Shown: positions 1-10,580, counted from the first letter of the stretch. The stretch is DNA of 64,000 bases from Syntrophorhabdaceae bacterium (GCA_963665295.1 OY762209.1:1-64000); one strand, 5' to 3'. Notes: generated from the letters alone by a model not told the origin. Numbers and translations: made by a program.

Positions 1-916
1 ACTGGTCTTCCCTCTTGTACCTCGACGACCTGATGTCTCTCGGGAGAACCTCTATGTGCCAGTGATAATGCTCGCTCACAGGCACCGACACGTCCGAAAT
101 CGTGTCTCCCCCAAGGTTCGGCGACGTGTGGATCACCAGGGAATAGGCGTTGCTCACTGTTTCAAGCCTTTTCATGACGTCGAGCATGATCCGGGCGAGG
201 TCATTCTTTGCCGCCCCGTCGAGGGGACTCTCGAAACTCTCACTGTGGAACCTGGGAATGACCCAGACTTCGTAAGGGAATCTCGAAGCAAAGGGGCATA
301 TGGCGATGAAACTGGTGTTGAGGCTTACCAGCCGCTTGTTCTGCCTTATCTCCTGGGCGATGATGTCACAGAAAAGACACCTCTCCTTCTGCAGATAGTG
401 CCTCCTGGAATTGGCAAGTTCCACCTCGATCCTCTGAGGCAGGATGGGGGTGGCAAGGATGTGGGAATGGGGGTGAAAGATGTATGATCCCGAAAGTTCC
501 CCGTGGTTCTTGAATATCTGGATATATTTGAACCTTTTGTCCTGCTTGAGGTCCCTGACCCGCTCCATGTAAAACTCCAGGAGAAGGAGAAGCTCGCCCT
601 CGGCGAAGGTCGCAAGGGTCTTCGTGTGAGACCTGTTTTCCACTACTATCTCATGGGCGCCCACATTGCCCATTTTGTCATAGAGCCCCTCAGCCCTCTT
701 GTCGAGTTCCTTCTCAATGATAAAGACGGGGGTTGCCGCCGAAAAGCACCGGATAAGCCAGGCGCCGTCCTTGTCCGTGACTTCCCTTATAGTCCCCGGC
801 GTCAGATGCTCATGGCCGGGACAGAAGGGGCACTCACCGACAAAGTCGCCCTTTGCCATGGGATAACCCGAAATCACCCAGTTCCCCGATACAGGGTCTC
901 TGCGAAGTTCTGCCAT
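1..916 (-). CDS. Divergent galactose-1-phosphate uridylyltransferase (GalT/HIT) family protein; 3' end lies outside the window
   Basis: Absent from the ORF track because it runs off the edge. Manual translation gives MAELRRDPVSGNWV, CPFCPGHE, GAHEIVVE, FKNHG, HPHSH, CLFCDII, PFASRFPYEVW and YHWHIEVLPR, all GalT-family motifs. Confidence 0.88.
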   Translation of the reverse strand, partial: MAELRRDPVSGNWVISGYPMAKGDFVGECPFCPGHEHLTPGTIREVTDKDGAWLIRCFSAATPVFIIEKELDKRAEGLYDKMGNVGAHEIVVENRSHTKTLATFAEGELLLLLEFYMERVRDLKQDKRFKYIQIFKNHGELSGSYIFHPHSHILATPILPQRIEVELANSRRHYLQKERCLFCDIIAQEIRQNKRLVSLNTSFIAICPFASRFPYEVWVIPRFHSESFESPLDGAAKNDLARIMLDVMKRLETVSNAYSLVIHTSPNLGGDTISDVSVPVSEHYHWHIEVLPRDIRSSRYKREDQ

Positions 917-924
917 TGAGTCTA

Positions 925-953
925 ATAATAGGCTATGGGGCCTTGTTTGTCAA
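925..953 (-). promoter_or_regulatory. Sigma70-type promoter for the GalT-like gene; probably a leaderless or near-leaderless mRNA
   Basis: TTGACA-N17-TATTAT on the minus strand, ending 8 nt before the ATG at 916, with no SD sequence. Confidence 0.55.
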
Positions 954-991
954 ACCCTCTTTTTCGCGGGCTTACGGGGCCGACGGGCCTG

Positions 992-1037
992 AAAAACGAC
1001 AGGGGAGGCACACGCCTCTGGGCGCGCCTCCCCTGTC
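992..1037 (-). terminator. Rho-independent terminator
   Basis: Inverted repeat GACAGGGGAGGC (998-1009) / GCCTCCCCTGTC (1026-1037), followed by GTTTTT on the minus strand, just downstream of the 1063 stop. Confidence 0.75.
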
Positions 1038-1062
1038 TTGAAACAAGACCTGTCGAAGACTT

Positions 1063-1902
1063 CTATTTAATGTCGTCTACATTTTGCAGGGTCGATTTCC
1101 CGGAGGTAGAAACTTTAACTTCCACTTTGGTCGCTTTCTTCGTTGCCGCCGCGTTTGTCTTCGGGGCAGCCGCGTTCACTGTTTCGGGGTAGAGCATGAA
1201 AGAACAGGAAGCAGCAGTGCCGGCGCACATCCCATCCGTTCCCCATCCCGTGAAGAAAAGGTTCTTTCCTGCCTTTGTGCTCAAGGTAATCTTCGTGCAC
1301 AACGGAAAGGATGCCTCGCATGTGCCGCCGTCCCGGTTGCAACCGGTTATACCCGCGGGTACGCTGTTCACGAAACACGTGGCCGTTTCGCCCGGGTCGT
1401 CCACGAGGACAGAAAGCGCTCCCGTGTCCGTCGCCGGCCAGAACATCACGGAAATCGCGGTATCCGTGGCCAGGGTGGCCGCTACGGCCTTGCCGTAGGT
1501 GAAAGGCCCGCTATCCATGGTCCACAATACACATGGGCCTGTACCTGCCGAGGGCGTCCCGGTGAGAGTGATCTTCGTGCCTGTTTTGAAGTATGCCTCG
1601 CATACGTCGGTTTCCAGCCCCGCGCAACTGATCTTCTTTGACGATATACATTTAGGGATCTCGCTCTCTTCGTTGAATTCGAGACAACCCGCCGATGAAC
1701 TGGTAACCTTCCCCAGTCCGGGAGCCAGGGCGTTGTCCACAGAGAGGAGCACCCATTCCCCCTTTACCGCAAAGCCCGCCCCGATCTCGGTCTGCGCCGC
1801 CGCCGGAAACGGACGGACCGCGCCGATACCCAGGATCATGGCTGAAGCCAGAATAAAGAAACAGACCTTTCCCACACTTGTTCTCCACATCTTTCTGTCC
1901 AT
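1063..1902 (-). CDS. Secreted Cys-rich protein with two divergent InlB B-repeat-like domains
   Basis: Signal peptide ending AAA-Q. Two repeats of G.G.V.S..AG..C..C.A.F..GTKITL....W. ATG at 1902 follows a GGGGGA SD. Confidence 0.7.
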   Translation of the reverse strand: MDRKMWRTSVGKVCFFILASAMILGIGAVRPFPAAAQTEIGAGFAVKGEWVLLSVDNALAPGLGKVTSSSAGCLEFNEESEIPKCISSKKISCAGLETDVCEAYFKTGTKITLTGTPSAGTGPCVLWTMDSGPFTYGKAVAATLATDTAISVMFWPATDTGALSVLVDDPGETATCFVNSVPAGITGCNRDGGTCEASFPLCTKITLSTKAGKNLFFTGWGTDGMCAGTAASCSFMLYPETVNAAAPKTNAAATKKATKVEVKVSTSGKSTLQNVDDIK

Positions 1903-2087
1903 ATGTCCCCCTTGCTCGGTATTTTGATGCCCTTTTTCATCAGACGAATTCATCTTGCACTTCGCAAAGAAGAAAGACAATCAAAAATGAACGCCGCCTC
2001 GCCCGGCCCTGATTATTGCAAAAAACCGGGCAGTATAGTAATCTTACCTTTGCACGGGTTGTCCCTTGCGGGCCCGGAATGCGGACT

Positions 2088-3080
2088 ATGAAAGACGACA
2101 ATAGAGCAACAGAAGACAAAAACGCGATCCTTATCGCCATAGGCAACAAGGACAATGTCCTCGAAGACATTCATACCCTGTCGAGGCAGTGGGCGGAGAA
2201 CCCCGAGGTAGAAATCGTTACAGGGAAGGAGATAAAACCCAGGGTGGTAGAGAAGGCGTCGGCCCTTTTCCTCGCCTCTGACCTCGTCCTCGTTCTTGTG
2301 GACCCCGAGAAGGACCTCCTCAATGATATGAGGGCGCAACTCCTTGCATTACAGGAAAGGGTCCACATAATCGTCTATCTCACGGCTCCCCTCACGGACG
2401 GCCGGATTCCCATCGAAGGAAGAACGGTGGTGCTCGAACAAAAGAAGGAGAGACGGATAGAGGATAAGGTCCGGGCATTCATCAGGAAATATGACAAGAA
2501 AATGACTCACCAGGCCCTCAGGCTTCTCACGGACAGGATCAGGGACGAGTCCATCCTCGAAATGGAACTCATGAAACTCGTGACCTATGTGGGCGAGAGA
2601 GGAGAGATAAAGTCCAAGGACATCCTTGCGGTGGGGACGGAAACCCACGAGGAAAGCCTTATCACCCTCTTTGACGCCTTTGCGAGAAAAGACAAGAAGG
2701 GAGCCCTCGCCATATTTGAAAACCTCCTTCTGAACGGCCTCCACATACTCGCCATACACAGTTTCCTCACGAAGCAGGCGAGACTCCTCCTTCATGCCAA
2801 GGATATGGAGGAGGTATTCAAGGCCGGCCCCGAATATGGACACTTTGCAAAAACCTTCGGCAAATGGAAAGATGGTCTGGACCTGAAGCCCCTGGAGAAA
2901 AAGAATTACCTCCCCTTTCAGAAACCCTACTATGCCTTCAACCTTTCAAAGACAAGTGAGAAGATCTCCAAAAAGGATCTTATCGCGTTCCTCGATATGC
3001 TTGCCGCCCTCGATCTCAGCATAAAGAGCGGAACAAAGTTTGACCGCGTCCGGCTCGAAGAAGGACTGGCAGGCACTTAA
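2088..3080 (+). CDS. holA: DNA polymerase III delta subunit
   Basis: HolA-like size and motif ELMKLVTYVGERGEI...LFDAF..KD...AL.IFENLL; C-terminus LDLSIKSG..RLE. Start is uncertain. Confidence 0.75.
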   Translation: MKDDNRATEDKNAILIAIGNKDNVLEDIHTLSRQWAENPEVEIVTGKEIKPRVVEKASALFLASDLVLVLVDPEKDLLNDMRAQLLALQERVHIIVYLTAPLTDGRIPIEGRTVVLEQKKERRIEDKVRAFIRKYDKKMTHQALRLLTDRIRDESILEMELMKLVTYVGERGEIKSKDILAVGTETHEESLITLFDAFARKDKKGALAIFENLLLNGLHILAIHSFLTKQARLLLHAKDMEEVFKAGPEYGHFAKTFGKWKDGLDLKPLEKKNYLPFQKPYYAFNLSKTSEKISKKDLIAFLDMLAALDLSIKSGTKFDRVRLEEGLAGT

Positions 3081-3083
3081 GTA

Positions 3084-3893
3084 ATGATCATAAAGATCAT
3101 GCTCTTTCTCCTCACTATCGCATCGACCTGGTTCGTGCAGGGCCTGGCGTACAGCGTCTCCATTATGTCCATACTCCTCGCCCACGAAATGGGCCATTAC
3201 CTCATGAGCAGGAGATACGGCATCCCCGCAACCCTGCCTTTTTTCATCCCCTTTCCCCTCTCCCCCTTCGGCACTTTCGGGGCCGTGATAAAAATGAAGG
3301 GTCTCATCACCAACAAACGGGCCCTCTTCGATATCGGAATTGCGGGCCCTCTCTCGGGATTCATAGTGGCCCTCCCCTTCCTGATCCTGGGCATCAAGTG
3401 GTCGACCGTCCAGGTCATACCCGAGGATATGCCCTATCTTCAACTTGGGGACCCCCTTATCTTCAAAATCCTTCAAAGGCTCCTCGTGGGAGAGGTCCCG
3501 AAGGGATACGATCTCGTACTTCATCCATTCGGCTATGCAGGGTGGGTGGGGCTTTTCGTGACCGCCCTCAATCTCCTCCCCGTGGGACAACTCGACGGCG
3601 GGCACATCATCTACGCGGTTTTCGGCCGGAAGAGCAAGTGGGTCTTTGTGGCAGTAATAACCGGTCTTGCGGCAATCGCGGTCTTCTATAACCCCGGCTG
3701 GCTTCTCCTCGTCTTACTCCTTCTCATATTCGGCATGCGTCATCCTGAGCCCCTCGATACGGAAACCGGGCTCGACTCCAAAAGGCGGGTGCTCGCTTTT
3801 GTGATCCTTTTGATCTTTCTTCTCTCCTTCACTCCCGCCCCCTTCCCCGAGCTGAATTTCAATTTTACGGAGACAAAGGGTATTCCTGTATGA
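3084..3893 (+). CDS. Site-2 protease (M50 zinc metallopeptidase)
   Basis: HEMGH and NLLPVGQLDGGH motifs, IGIAGPLSG, multiple TM helices. Confidence 0.92.
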   Translation: MIIKIMLFLLTIASTWFVQGLAYSVSIMSILLAHEMGHYLMSRRYGIPATLPFFIPFPLSPFGTFGAVIKMKGLITNKRALFDIGIAGPLSGFIVALPFLILGIKWSTVQVIPEDMPYLQLGDPLIFKILQRLLVGEVPKGYDLVLHPFGYAGWVGLFVTALNLLPVGQLDGGHIIYAVFGRKSKWVFVAVITGLAAIAVFYNPGWLLLVLLLLIFGMRHPEPLDTETGLDSKRRVLAFVILLIFLLSFTPAPFPELNFNFTETKGIPV

Positions 3894-4348
3894 ACCAGAA
3901 CGATGTCACTGCAGTGGTCCTTCTCGGCATCACCATGGTCCTCTGGGGTTCCACCCCGGTGATCGAGAAGATAGGACTACGGGACGTGGAGCCTTTGACG
4001 GGCTTATTTATCAGGAGCCTCGTGGTGACTGCCATACTTTTCGTCGTCTTCATCTGCACCGGGCGCATCCACGACCTTGCCAGGGTATCCATGGGCGATT
4101 TCTCCCTCTTCGCGGCGAGCGGCCTCATGTCGGGACTGCTCGGCACGTGGGCCTATTACTATGTCCTGAGAACCGGCATGGCATCGAAGATCGTCCCCAT
4201 CGCCGCGTCTTACCCTCTCATCACCGCCCTTCTCGGCATGCTCATACTACGGGAAGGCATAACCCTTCAGCGCGTGGCAGGCATCATCTTTACCGTGGCA
4301 GGCATCATCTTTACCGTGGCAGGCATCATCCTCATAAAGTGGAGCTAG
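3890..4348 (+). CDS. EamA/DMT family transporter (single domain)
   Basis: About 5 TM helices and KIVPIAASYPLITALLGMLILREGIT; coupled to the upstream gene by an ATGA overlap. Confidence 0.85.
   Translation: MNQNDVTAVVLLGITMVLWGSTPVIEKIGLRDVEPLTGLFIRSLVVTAILFVVFICTGRIHDLARVSMGDFSLFAASGLMSGLLGTWAYYYVLRTGMASKIVPIAASYPLITALLGMLILREGITLQRVAGIIFTVAGIIFTVAGIILIKWS
4273..4330 (+). repeat. 21-bp in-frame tandem repeat, about 2.8 copies
   Basis: CGTGGCAGGCATCATCTTTAC x2 plus CGTGGCAGGCATCATC, encoding VAGIIFT-VAGIIFT-VAGII. Confidence 0.95.
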
Positions 4349-4354
4349 GCCTTT

Positions 4355-5080
4355 CTACCGCAACGGCATGCTGCCCACGGTAATCCTGCCGTTCTCGGCG
4401 ATGATCTCAAAGGCGGCGCCCTCGTCCGCGGTGCGGCCGGAGGCGGTCAGCCACCCGATGCCCGAGCGGTTCGCCCACACGTCCTGCTTATGCCTGTGTC
4501 CGAAGAGCATTGCATCCGTCCGGCCCGAACAGACCGCCAGAAACTCGTCGGCGTCGAGGAGCTTCATGGTGGGGTCAAAATGAATGAACGGATGGTGGTG
4601 GAGGGCGATTATCTTCACCTTGTGCGATGACGCCAACTCTTTATCGAGCTGACCGAGTTGTTCATCCTCGATCTGGCCGCACGCAAAGTCCAGGGGGGAT
4701 TCGGTCCTCAAATTGGAGTCAAGAACAATGAGCTTGACTTCATCTCCGAAATCGACCGAATAAAGCTGCTTCACCCGCTTAGGCTGCTTCATCTTCTGTT
4801 CGAGGGCCGCGTATCTCGATTCCCGCTCTTCGTCGTAAAAATTGCCCAGTTTGCCGTAATCGTGATTTCCGCACGTAAGGAAAAGCCTGCCCGAAAAGGG
4901 GCTCAACAATTCCGCCGCCTTTTCGTACTGCCCCTCATCGCCGTCATCCGTGATATCACCTGTAACAAGTACGTAATGCTCCGGGCAGCGGGTTTGAATC
5001 AGGTTGAGCGTATCGGCGATAGCCTGATCTTCTCTATCGTCTCCGTGAATATGAAGATCACTTAGATGTACGAACTTCAT
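4355..5080 (-). CDS. Calcineurin-like metallophosphoesterase (Icc/CpdA-like)
   Basis: SDLH, TGDIT, GNHD, HHHP and GHRH motifs. Confidence 0.9.
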   Translation of the reverse strand: MKFVHLSDLHIHGDDREDQAIADTLNLIQTRCPEHYVLVTGDITDDGDEGQYEKAAELLSPFSGRLFLTCGNHDYGKLGNFYDEERESRYAALEQKMKQPKRVKQLYSVDFGDEVKLIVLDSNLRTESPLDFACGQIEDEQLGQLDKELASSHKVKIIALHHHPFIHFDPTMKLLDADEFLAVCSGRTDAMLFGHRHKQDVWANRSGIGWLTASGRTADEGAAFEIIAENGRITVGSMPLR

Positions 5081-5416
5081 GGCCCACCTCCTTGGGGGAG
5101 TTTTGGTTGTCTGCGGTCCCTGCTCCGGGAATCTTCAGGGGCCTGCTTTCTTTGTCGGCGGGTAAACTTGTCAGAGGTGCGTGAACTTCGCGATATTTAT
5201 TTTATGACAGAGACCTCCGAGGGAGTCAAGGAAAATCTGGGGGGCAGGGTCAGACCCGGTTGTCTGCCTCCTGCGGCCCACGGGTCAGGCAATCACCTTC
5301 CCTGTCTTGCCGGCGGCGGAGGAAGGTTTTGACTTTTGGGTAAGAAAGGGGCTGCCCGGATACCGGCACATCCCCTATGGACAGTTCAAGAAGAACCGGG
5401 GAAGATGGGAGTGCAT

Positions 5417-6145
5417 CTATTCTTCTCTTCTCTTCGACCTCTCGATGGTCCTCCACTCGCCCTCTTCCCTCAGCACGGTAAGCACGGGTTCACCCTCTTT
5501 CAGCAGAGGACGGATCCAGTTCAGTGTATTCACGGTCTCGTCTTCACCAAGGGCTTCCCCTGTCGGCTTTATCACCCTTATGATGGGCGTCTTTGTACAA
5601 ATCTCACCTACGCTGACCATTCCCTTTATGGACCGTATGCCGTCCATGCCGATAAAGCGGCCGTCATTGCCGGTGCTCCTCAAGCCCACCCCGCCCATAG
5701 CGCCGATAACCCCCTGTCCCGTATTTCCGCACCACCAGACCGGAATGGCGAACCTGCTTGCGAGGGCCCGCGCGTCCTCGATGGAAATGATCTCTGTCTT
5801 TGCCAGACGGCCGAACCGGACCAGCTCTTCGGGCACGCGATCCCTGTCGAACACACACAAACCCGGATTTGCCCCCTCATGGAGGTGGGCAAGAATGAAA
5901 TCTTTCGAGAAGGCAAATATCCTGTCCACGTCGGCGGCTTCCGCATCGGCTTCAATACAGGCGCAGCTGTTGTGGGAAGTGTACGGGATAGCCGGATGAA
6001 TGAGGAACTGGTGCCTCGTGGTGTTCTTTTGCCTTGCTAGGCCATTATCCGTCAGGTCCTGTGCGAGCATACGGGCGAGTCTGCCCGTGCCTATGCTTTC
6101 CTCGTTGTCCGTATCGTCGAGGGCGATAAGTAGATTCATCTTCAT
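5417..6145 (-). CDS. Conserved protein resembling the N-terminal (kinase-like/FLD) region of TiaS
   Basis: IALDDTD...GTG, RHQFLIHPAIPYTSHNSCAC and GQGVIGAMGGVGL motifs; SD AAGGAG. Confidence 0.65.
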   Translation of the reverse strand: MKMNLLIALDDTDNEESIGTGRLARMLAQDLTDNGLARQKNTTRHQFLIHPAIPYTSHNSCACIEADAEAADVDRIFAFSKDFILAHLHEGANPGLCVFDRDRVPEELVRFGRLAKTEIISIEDARALASRFAIPVWWCGNTGQGVIGAMGGVGLRSTGNDGRFIGMDGIRSIKGMVSVGEICTKTPIIRVIKPTGEALGEDETVNTLNWIRPLLKEGEPVLTVLREEGEWRTIERSKRREE

Positions 6146-6337
6146 ACTCTCCTTTTATGGGCGTATCCCGCCGGTGACAGCGTGGCCCGATGAGGCCGTA
6201 CCGGATAACCCGGAGGCATCCCACATGTTCCTTTGCCCTGAAATTAGGGGCTTCTTTCCTCCGCAACGTTTGCGGGAAACAGCATCGATCGTCTCTATGC
6301 CGAAGGGTCGCAATAAATTGAGCAAAGGAGGAACCAT

Positions 6338-6366
6338 ATATTAGACAATTAAAGAGTATCTGTCAA
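6338..6366 (-). promoter_or_regulatory. Sigma70-type promoter, implying a ~190-nt leader
   Basis: TTGACA-N17-TAATAT on the minus strand. Confidence 0.5.
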
Positions 6367-6567
6367 TATACTTCGTTATTTCATATAGTTGTGGTCTTCG
6401 ATCAATATGATATTATTCACTTCCACGCCTATGCCCCTGAAGCGTGGAAACACGGTATCTTTTTTCGTACGGGAGGTTGCTCAGGAGTCTGTGTGCGGTG
6501 AGGGGAACCATATTCGGCAACAGACGCCCGCAGGCAGAAAAAGTCGGGAAACGTAGTGACTGCCGGC

Positions 6568-7755
6568 TTAGGATTCCGGGGATACTTCCATGGGCAGGGA
6601 TACGGTAAACATCGAGCCTTTCCCGACTTCGCTTTCCACCTTTATCGTGCCGTTATGCCCTTCAACGACCTTCTTCACTATGGCAAGTCCCAGTCCGGTG
6701 CCCTTTTCTCCTGCCGTCGGTCTTACGCTCGCCCTTTCGTAGGGTTTGAATATGGTTCTCAGATCTTCGGGAGGTATCCCCTGGCCTTCGTCGCTCACCG
6801 TAATCTCGACATGTGATGTACCTGCTTTGAGCCCTAACCGGACCGTGCTCCCTTCCTCTGAGAACTTTACCGCGTTGGAAACAAGATTATTCAGTATCTG
6901 CTCCACTCTTGAGGGATCGACGAACAGATTTACCCCTTCTTCCGCGCAATCAAACCGGATCTTCGTGTTCTTGTATTCCGAGAGAAAATTGTTCAACTCC
7001 ACGTTCTGCCGCATGAGGTTCGTCATATCGGTCCATTGTTTCCGGAGGGTCAATTCACCCGACTCCACCATATGGATATCGATAAGGTCGTTTATGAGGT
7101 TGAGCATGAAGAGGCTCGAGGACTTTATCATAGTGAGGTACTTCAATTGCTTCTGATCGAGCATATTGTTCAGTTTCATCTTCAGCAGTTCGCCCGTCCC
7201 CATGATTACCGTAATGGGGTTTCTGAGGTCATGAGCCACAATGCCGATGAACTGGTTCTTCTGTTGGTTCAGTTGCTCCAATTCCTCTTTTCTGCGTTCC
7301 AGTTGCCTGTTCAACACATCGAGTTCCTTGTTCTTCGCCCGCAGCTCATCGCCAAGGGTCTTCAGTCGTATATGCGCATTGATCCGCGCGAGCAACTCAT
7401 CCTTGTTGAAGGGTTTGCATATGTAATCGACGCCACCGTGTTCGAAGGCCCTTACCTTGCTCTCCACATCGTCCAGCGAAGTGATGAAGATTATGGGGAT
7501 GTCCTTTGTCCTCTCATTGTCTTTCAGGTGTTTTGCCATCCGGAACCCGTCCATGCCGGGCATGACCACGTCAAGGAGAACGAGATCAGGAACCCTCTCA
7601 TGGTCCTTCTCGAGTAATTCAAGGGCCTCCTCACCTCTATCGGCGGTAATCAGCTCGCTGTCCGTATTCCTCGAGATGTGATACGTCAACAAACCTGTTT
7701 CTACGGGGTTGTCGTCTACTACGAGTATTCTGGGTGTTTTTGTCATGAGTTCCAC
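6568..7755 (-). CDS. Hybrid response regulator / histidine kinase (REC-HisKA-HATPase)
   Basis: LVVDD, DVVMPGMDG, AHDLRNP, NNLVSNAVK, DEGQGI and GTGLGL motifs. Confidence 0.93.
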   Translation of the reverse strand: MELMTKTPRILVVDDNPVETGLLTYHISRNTDSELITADRGEEALELLEKDHERVPDLVLLDVVMPGMDGFRMAKHLKDNERTKDIPIIFITSLDDVESKVRAFEHGGVDYICKPFNKDELLARINAHIRLKTLGDELRAKNKELDVLNRQLERRKEELEQLNQQKNQFIGIVAHDLRNPITVIMGTGELLKMKLNNMLDQKQLKYLTMIKSSSLFMLNLINDLIDIHMVESGELTLRKQWTDMTNLMRQNVELNNFLSEYKNTKIRFDCAEEGVNLFVDPSRVEQILNNLVSNAVKFSEEGSTVRLGLKAGTSHVEITVSDEGQGIPPEDLRTIFKPYERASVRPTAGEKGTGLGLAIVKKVVEGHNGTIKVESEVGKGSMFTVSLPMEVSPES

Positions 7756-7789
7756 TCTTCTTTTGGGGTGTCGGTTAAGGCTAATATGG

Positions 7790-7816
7790 TTATCGGCATT
7801 GGCGAAGAAAACTGAA
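7790..7816 (-). promoter_or_regulatory. Sigma28 (FliA)-type promoter
   Basis: TTCAGTTT-N11-GCCGATAA, against the consensus TAAAGTTT-N11-GCCGATAA. Confidence 0.7.
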
Positions 7817-7851
7817 CGGTCTTTTCCGAATATGACGCCGGAAGGACAGAC

Positions 7852-7878
7852 TTAATTTCCCCGGCGGAAAACCGATAA
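7852..7878 (+). promoter_or_regulatory. Sigma28-type promoter
   Basis: TTAATTTC-N11-ACCGATAA upstream of the Hpt gene. Confidence 0.55.
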
Positions 7879-7947
7879 TTTTTTAGAAGCCGGCCCGGTT
7901 ATCTCCGGGAAAACCGGCAATCCGGAACCGACAAGAAAGGAGCACAT

Positions 7948-8262
7948 ATGAACATCAGGGAACTTGCGGAGAGTATCGACGTGGACGAGGACACCTATCT
8001 TGAGTTGCTGAAGCTTTTCTACGAAACGTCTGTTGCCGATGTGGATAAGATAGAACGCGGCCTTAAGGATGGGACTGCCCGGGCCGTGGCGGAAGGGGCC
8101 CATTCGATAAAAGGGGCCGCCTCGAGCCTGGGAATGACGAAAATTTCAGAGAAGGCAAAGGAGATTGAAATGCAGGGCCGTCAGAATCTCCTCGAGGGCG
8201 TCAAAGAGAAGACTTCCCGGTTGAAGGAGAAGCTGGAGTTCGTCAGAATTGCCATGGGATAG
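7948..8262 (+). CDS. Hpt (histidine phosphotransfer) protein
   Basis: AHSIKGAASSLG motif; SD AAGGAG. Confidence 0.92.
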   Translation: MNIRELAESIDVDEDTYLELLKLFYETSVADVDKIERGLKDGTARAVAEGAHSIKGAASSLGMTKISEKAKEIEMQGRQNLLEGVKEKTSRLKEKLEFVRIAMG

Positions 8263-8279
8263 CGCGAGCGCGCAGCCGG

Positions 8280-10580
8280 TCACCCTCTGTCAAATATCCA
8301 TTCTTTGATCTTTTCGAACACGATTTCCCGTTTTACGGGTTTCGTGATGTAGTCATTCATGCCGCTTTCCACGCATTTCTCCCGCTCCCCTTTCATCGCA
8401 TGGGCGGTCAATGCAATTATGGGTACTTCCGTGAATCCTTTCTCCCTGATAATTCTCGTGGCCTCATGCCCATCCATTTCAGGCATCTGGATGTCCATAA
8501 GAATCAGGTCAAACTCATCGGGCTCCGAGGTGAATTTCTCACATGCGTCTTTTCCGTTCACTGCCACTTCCACCTGATAGCCGCCCTTTTGCAGCATGAG
8601 CACGGCAAGCCTCTGGTTCACGGGGTTATCCTCCACAAGGAGGATGCGCACCGATTGTTTGGCGGCTTCGTTGAGAGAGTATTGTGTGACAAGGCCCCTA
8701 TTTTCCTCTCTTTTTCCATTGTCTCCTCCGAGCAACTGCTCAAGGATCTGCAAAACCCTCAGCTTCCCTGCGGGTTTTGGGAGAAATCCGTCGAATCCGG
8801 CTTCGGAGATCTTCTTTGCCCCGGAAATAGTCGATGAAGAGTAGGCAAGAAGCGGCGGATGACCGAACCGGTCCGGAAAGGCCTTTATCTGTCGCGCCAG
8901 TTCATAACCGTCCATCTCAGGCATCCTAATATCTATGATACAGATATCGAAAGGATCATCAGCGTCACGGGCCTCCGTAATCTTCTCCAATGCGTCTCTG
9001 CCGTTATGGCAGGGCGTGACGCTCAGCCCCTGTGATTCGAGCATATACCGGAGGATGTCGAGGTTCGTCAAATTATCGTCAACGATGAGAACTCTCTTCT
9101 CAGCCAGCGGCACCTTGCATAGCCTCAGGTCCCTGGTTTTGGCCGATTTGCCGAAAGCTGCTTCAAAATGAAATGTGCTCCCCTTCCCGGGCTCGCTTTC
9201 AGCCCGGATATCGCCGTCCATAAGTCTTGCCAGTCGCCTGGTTATGGCAAGCCCCAGGCCGGTGCCGCCGAAGTGCCTGGTCATGGACGTGTCCGCCTGC
9301 TGAAACGGCTGAAAGATCATTTCCAGCTTATCCTTAGGGATTCCTATGCCTGTGTCCCTCACTGCCGCGTGAAGTCTCACACCGTCGTCCGTCTCCCCCG
9401 TCGAATGGATCGACAGCTCTATTTCTCCTGTTTCCGTAAATTTTGCCGCATTGCCCACCATGTTGAGAAGGGCTTGGCGAAATCTGGCGGGATCGCCGAT
9501 CACATAGCCAGGCACGTCGTCTCCTATACGGCAGAGAATCTCCACGGGTTTAGTTCCTATCCTCGGCCTTACAATCTCGCACACATCATAGCACAACAGT
9601 TCGGGATCGAAATCGATCCGTTCAAGGACGAACAGGCCCGCCTCGATCTTTGACAAGTCCAGGATGTCGTCGATGAGGGCCAGGAGCATATCGCCGCTTC
9701 TCTTTATGGTCCAGGCATATTCAATCTGTTCTTCACTGAGACCGGTTTCGAGGAGCATGTTGGTAAAGCCGATCACTCCGTTCATGGGTGTCCTTATTTC
9801 ATGGCTCATGTTGGCCAGGAACTCACTTTTCGCCATGTTGGCCACTTCAGCGGCCTCCTTGGCTTCCGTTATCTCCAGTACACGCTCGGAAATCGCACGG
9901 GACATGGTATTGAACGCAGCCCCGAGCCGGCCTATGTCATCATCTCCTTCAGGCACGAGAGGCGGCGTCAGGTTGCCCGAAGCGACCTCACGGCTCGCTT
10001 TGGTCAGCACGGTCAGATGACGCGTCAGCCACCATATGATGAGAATCAGAACGATCGAGGAGAGGACCAGTTCGATACACGCGATGGCGATCCCCTGAGT
10101 GAGCAACGTACGGCGGGCGGAGACGATCTGGGAAAGGTTCAGGCCGAAATGAAGCGTGCCGAGAAGTTGACCATACTGGGAGATGGGAATCACCACATCA
10201 TAACGGGGTGGGCCGCTTTTCTCGAAGAGGGTAAACTTCTTACTCGCCTCGGGAAGCTGAAGGCTGTCCGGCCAGCCGCTGGAAGCCACGCGCTTTCCCG
10301 CCCTGTCAACCACCGCAAGGTACTCCACTCCTCCGGTCGACCGGCTTTCATTGACTACCGCCTGCATGGTGGCAAAATCGCGCTGCGCCAGGGGCGCCGT
10401 CAAGGCAGCGTCAAGGACCGGGGCCATCTGTTCCGCCTGCCAGCGGGCTTGGCTTGCCATGGCGTCGTGCAGGAGCCGGAGACTGTTGACGACCAGCACC
10501 GTCAACATGACCATTTCGACGCCTACTGCCAGCAGCAGTAGGCGTCCGCGCATGGTGTGGCGTGGAGAAAATCTCTTCAT
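8280..10580 (-). CDS. Membrane hybrid sensor kinase (2TM-HAMP-HisKA-HATPase-REC-REC)
   Basis: [25 protein letters not shown] and GGTGLGL motifs; two receiver domains. Confidence 0.95.
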   Translation of the reverse strand: MKRFSPRHTMRGRLLLLAVGVEMVMLTVLVVNSLRLLHDAMASQARWQAEQMAPVLDAALTAPLAQRDFATMQAVVNESRSTGGVEYLAVVDRAGKRVASSGWPDSLQLPEASKKFTLFEKSGPPRYDVVIPISQYGQLLGTLHFGLNLSQIVSARRTLLTQGIAIACIELVLSSIVLILIIWWLTRHLTVLTKASREVASGNLTPPLVPEGDDDIGRLGAAFNTMSRAISERVLEITEAKEAAEVANMAKSEFLANMSHEIRTPMNGVIGFTNMLLETGLSEEQIEYAWTIKRSGDMLLALIDDILDLSKIEAGLFVLERIDFDPELLCYDVCEIVRPRIGTKPVEILCRIGDDVPGYVIGDPARFRQALLNMVGNAAKFTETGEIELSIHSTGETDDGVRLHAAVRDTGIGIPKDKLEMIFQPFQQADTSMTRHFGGTGLGLAITRRLARLMDGDIRAESEPGKGSTFHFEAAFGKSAKTRDLRLCKVPLAEKRVLIVDDNLTNLDILRYMLESQGLSVTPCHNGRDALEKITEARDADDPFDICIIDIRMPEMDGYELARQIKAFPDRFGHPPLLAYSSSTISGAKKISEAGFDGFLPKPAGKLRVLQILEQLLGGDNGKREENRGLVTQYSLNEAAKQSVRILLVEDNPVNQRLAVLMLQKGGYQVEVAVNGKDACEKFTSEPDEFDLILMDIQMPEMDGHEATRIIREKGFTEVPIIALTAHAMKGEREKCVESGMNDYITKPVKREIVFEKIKEWIFDRG

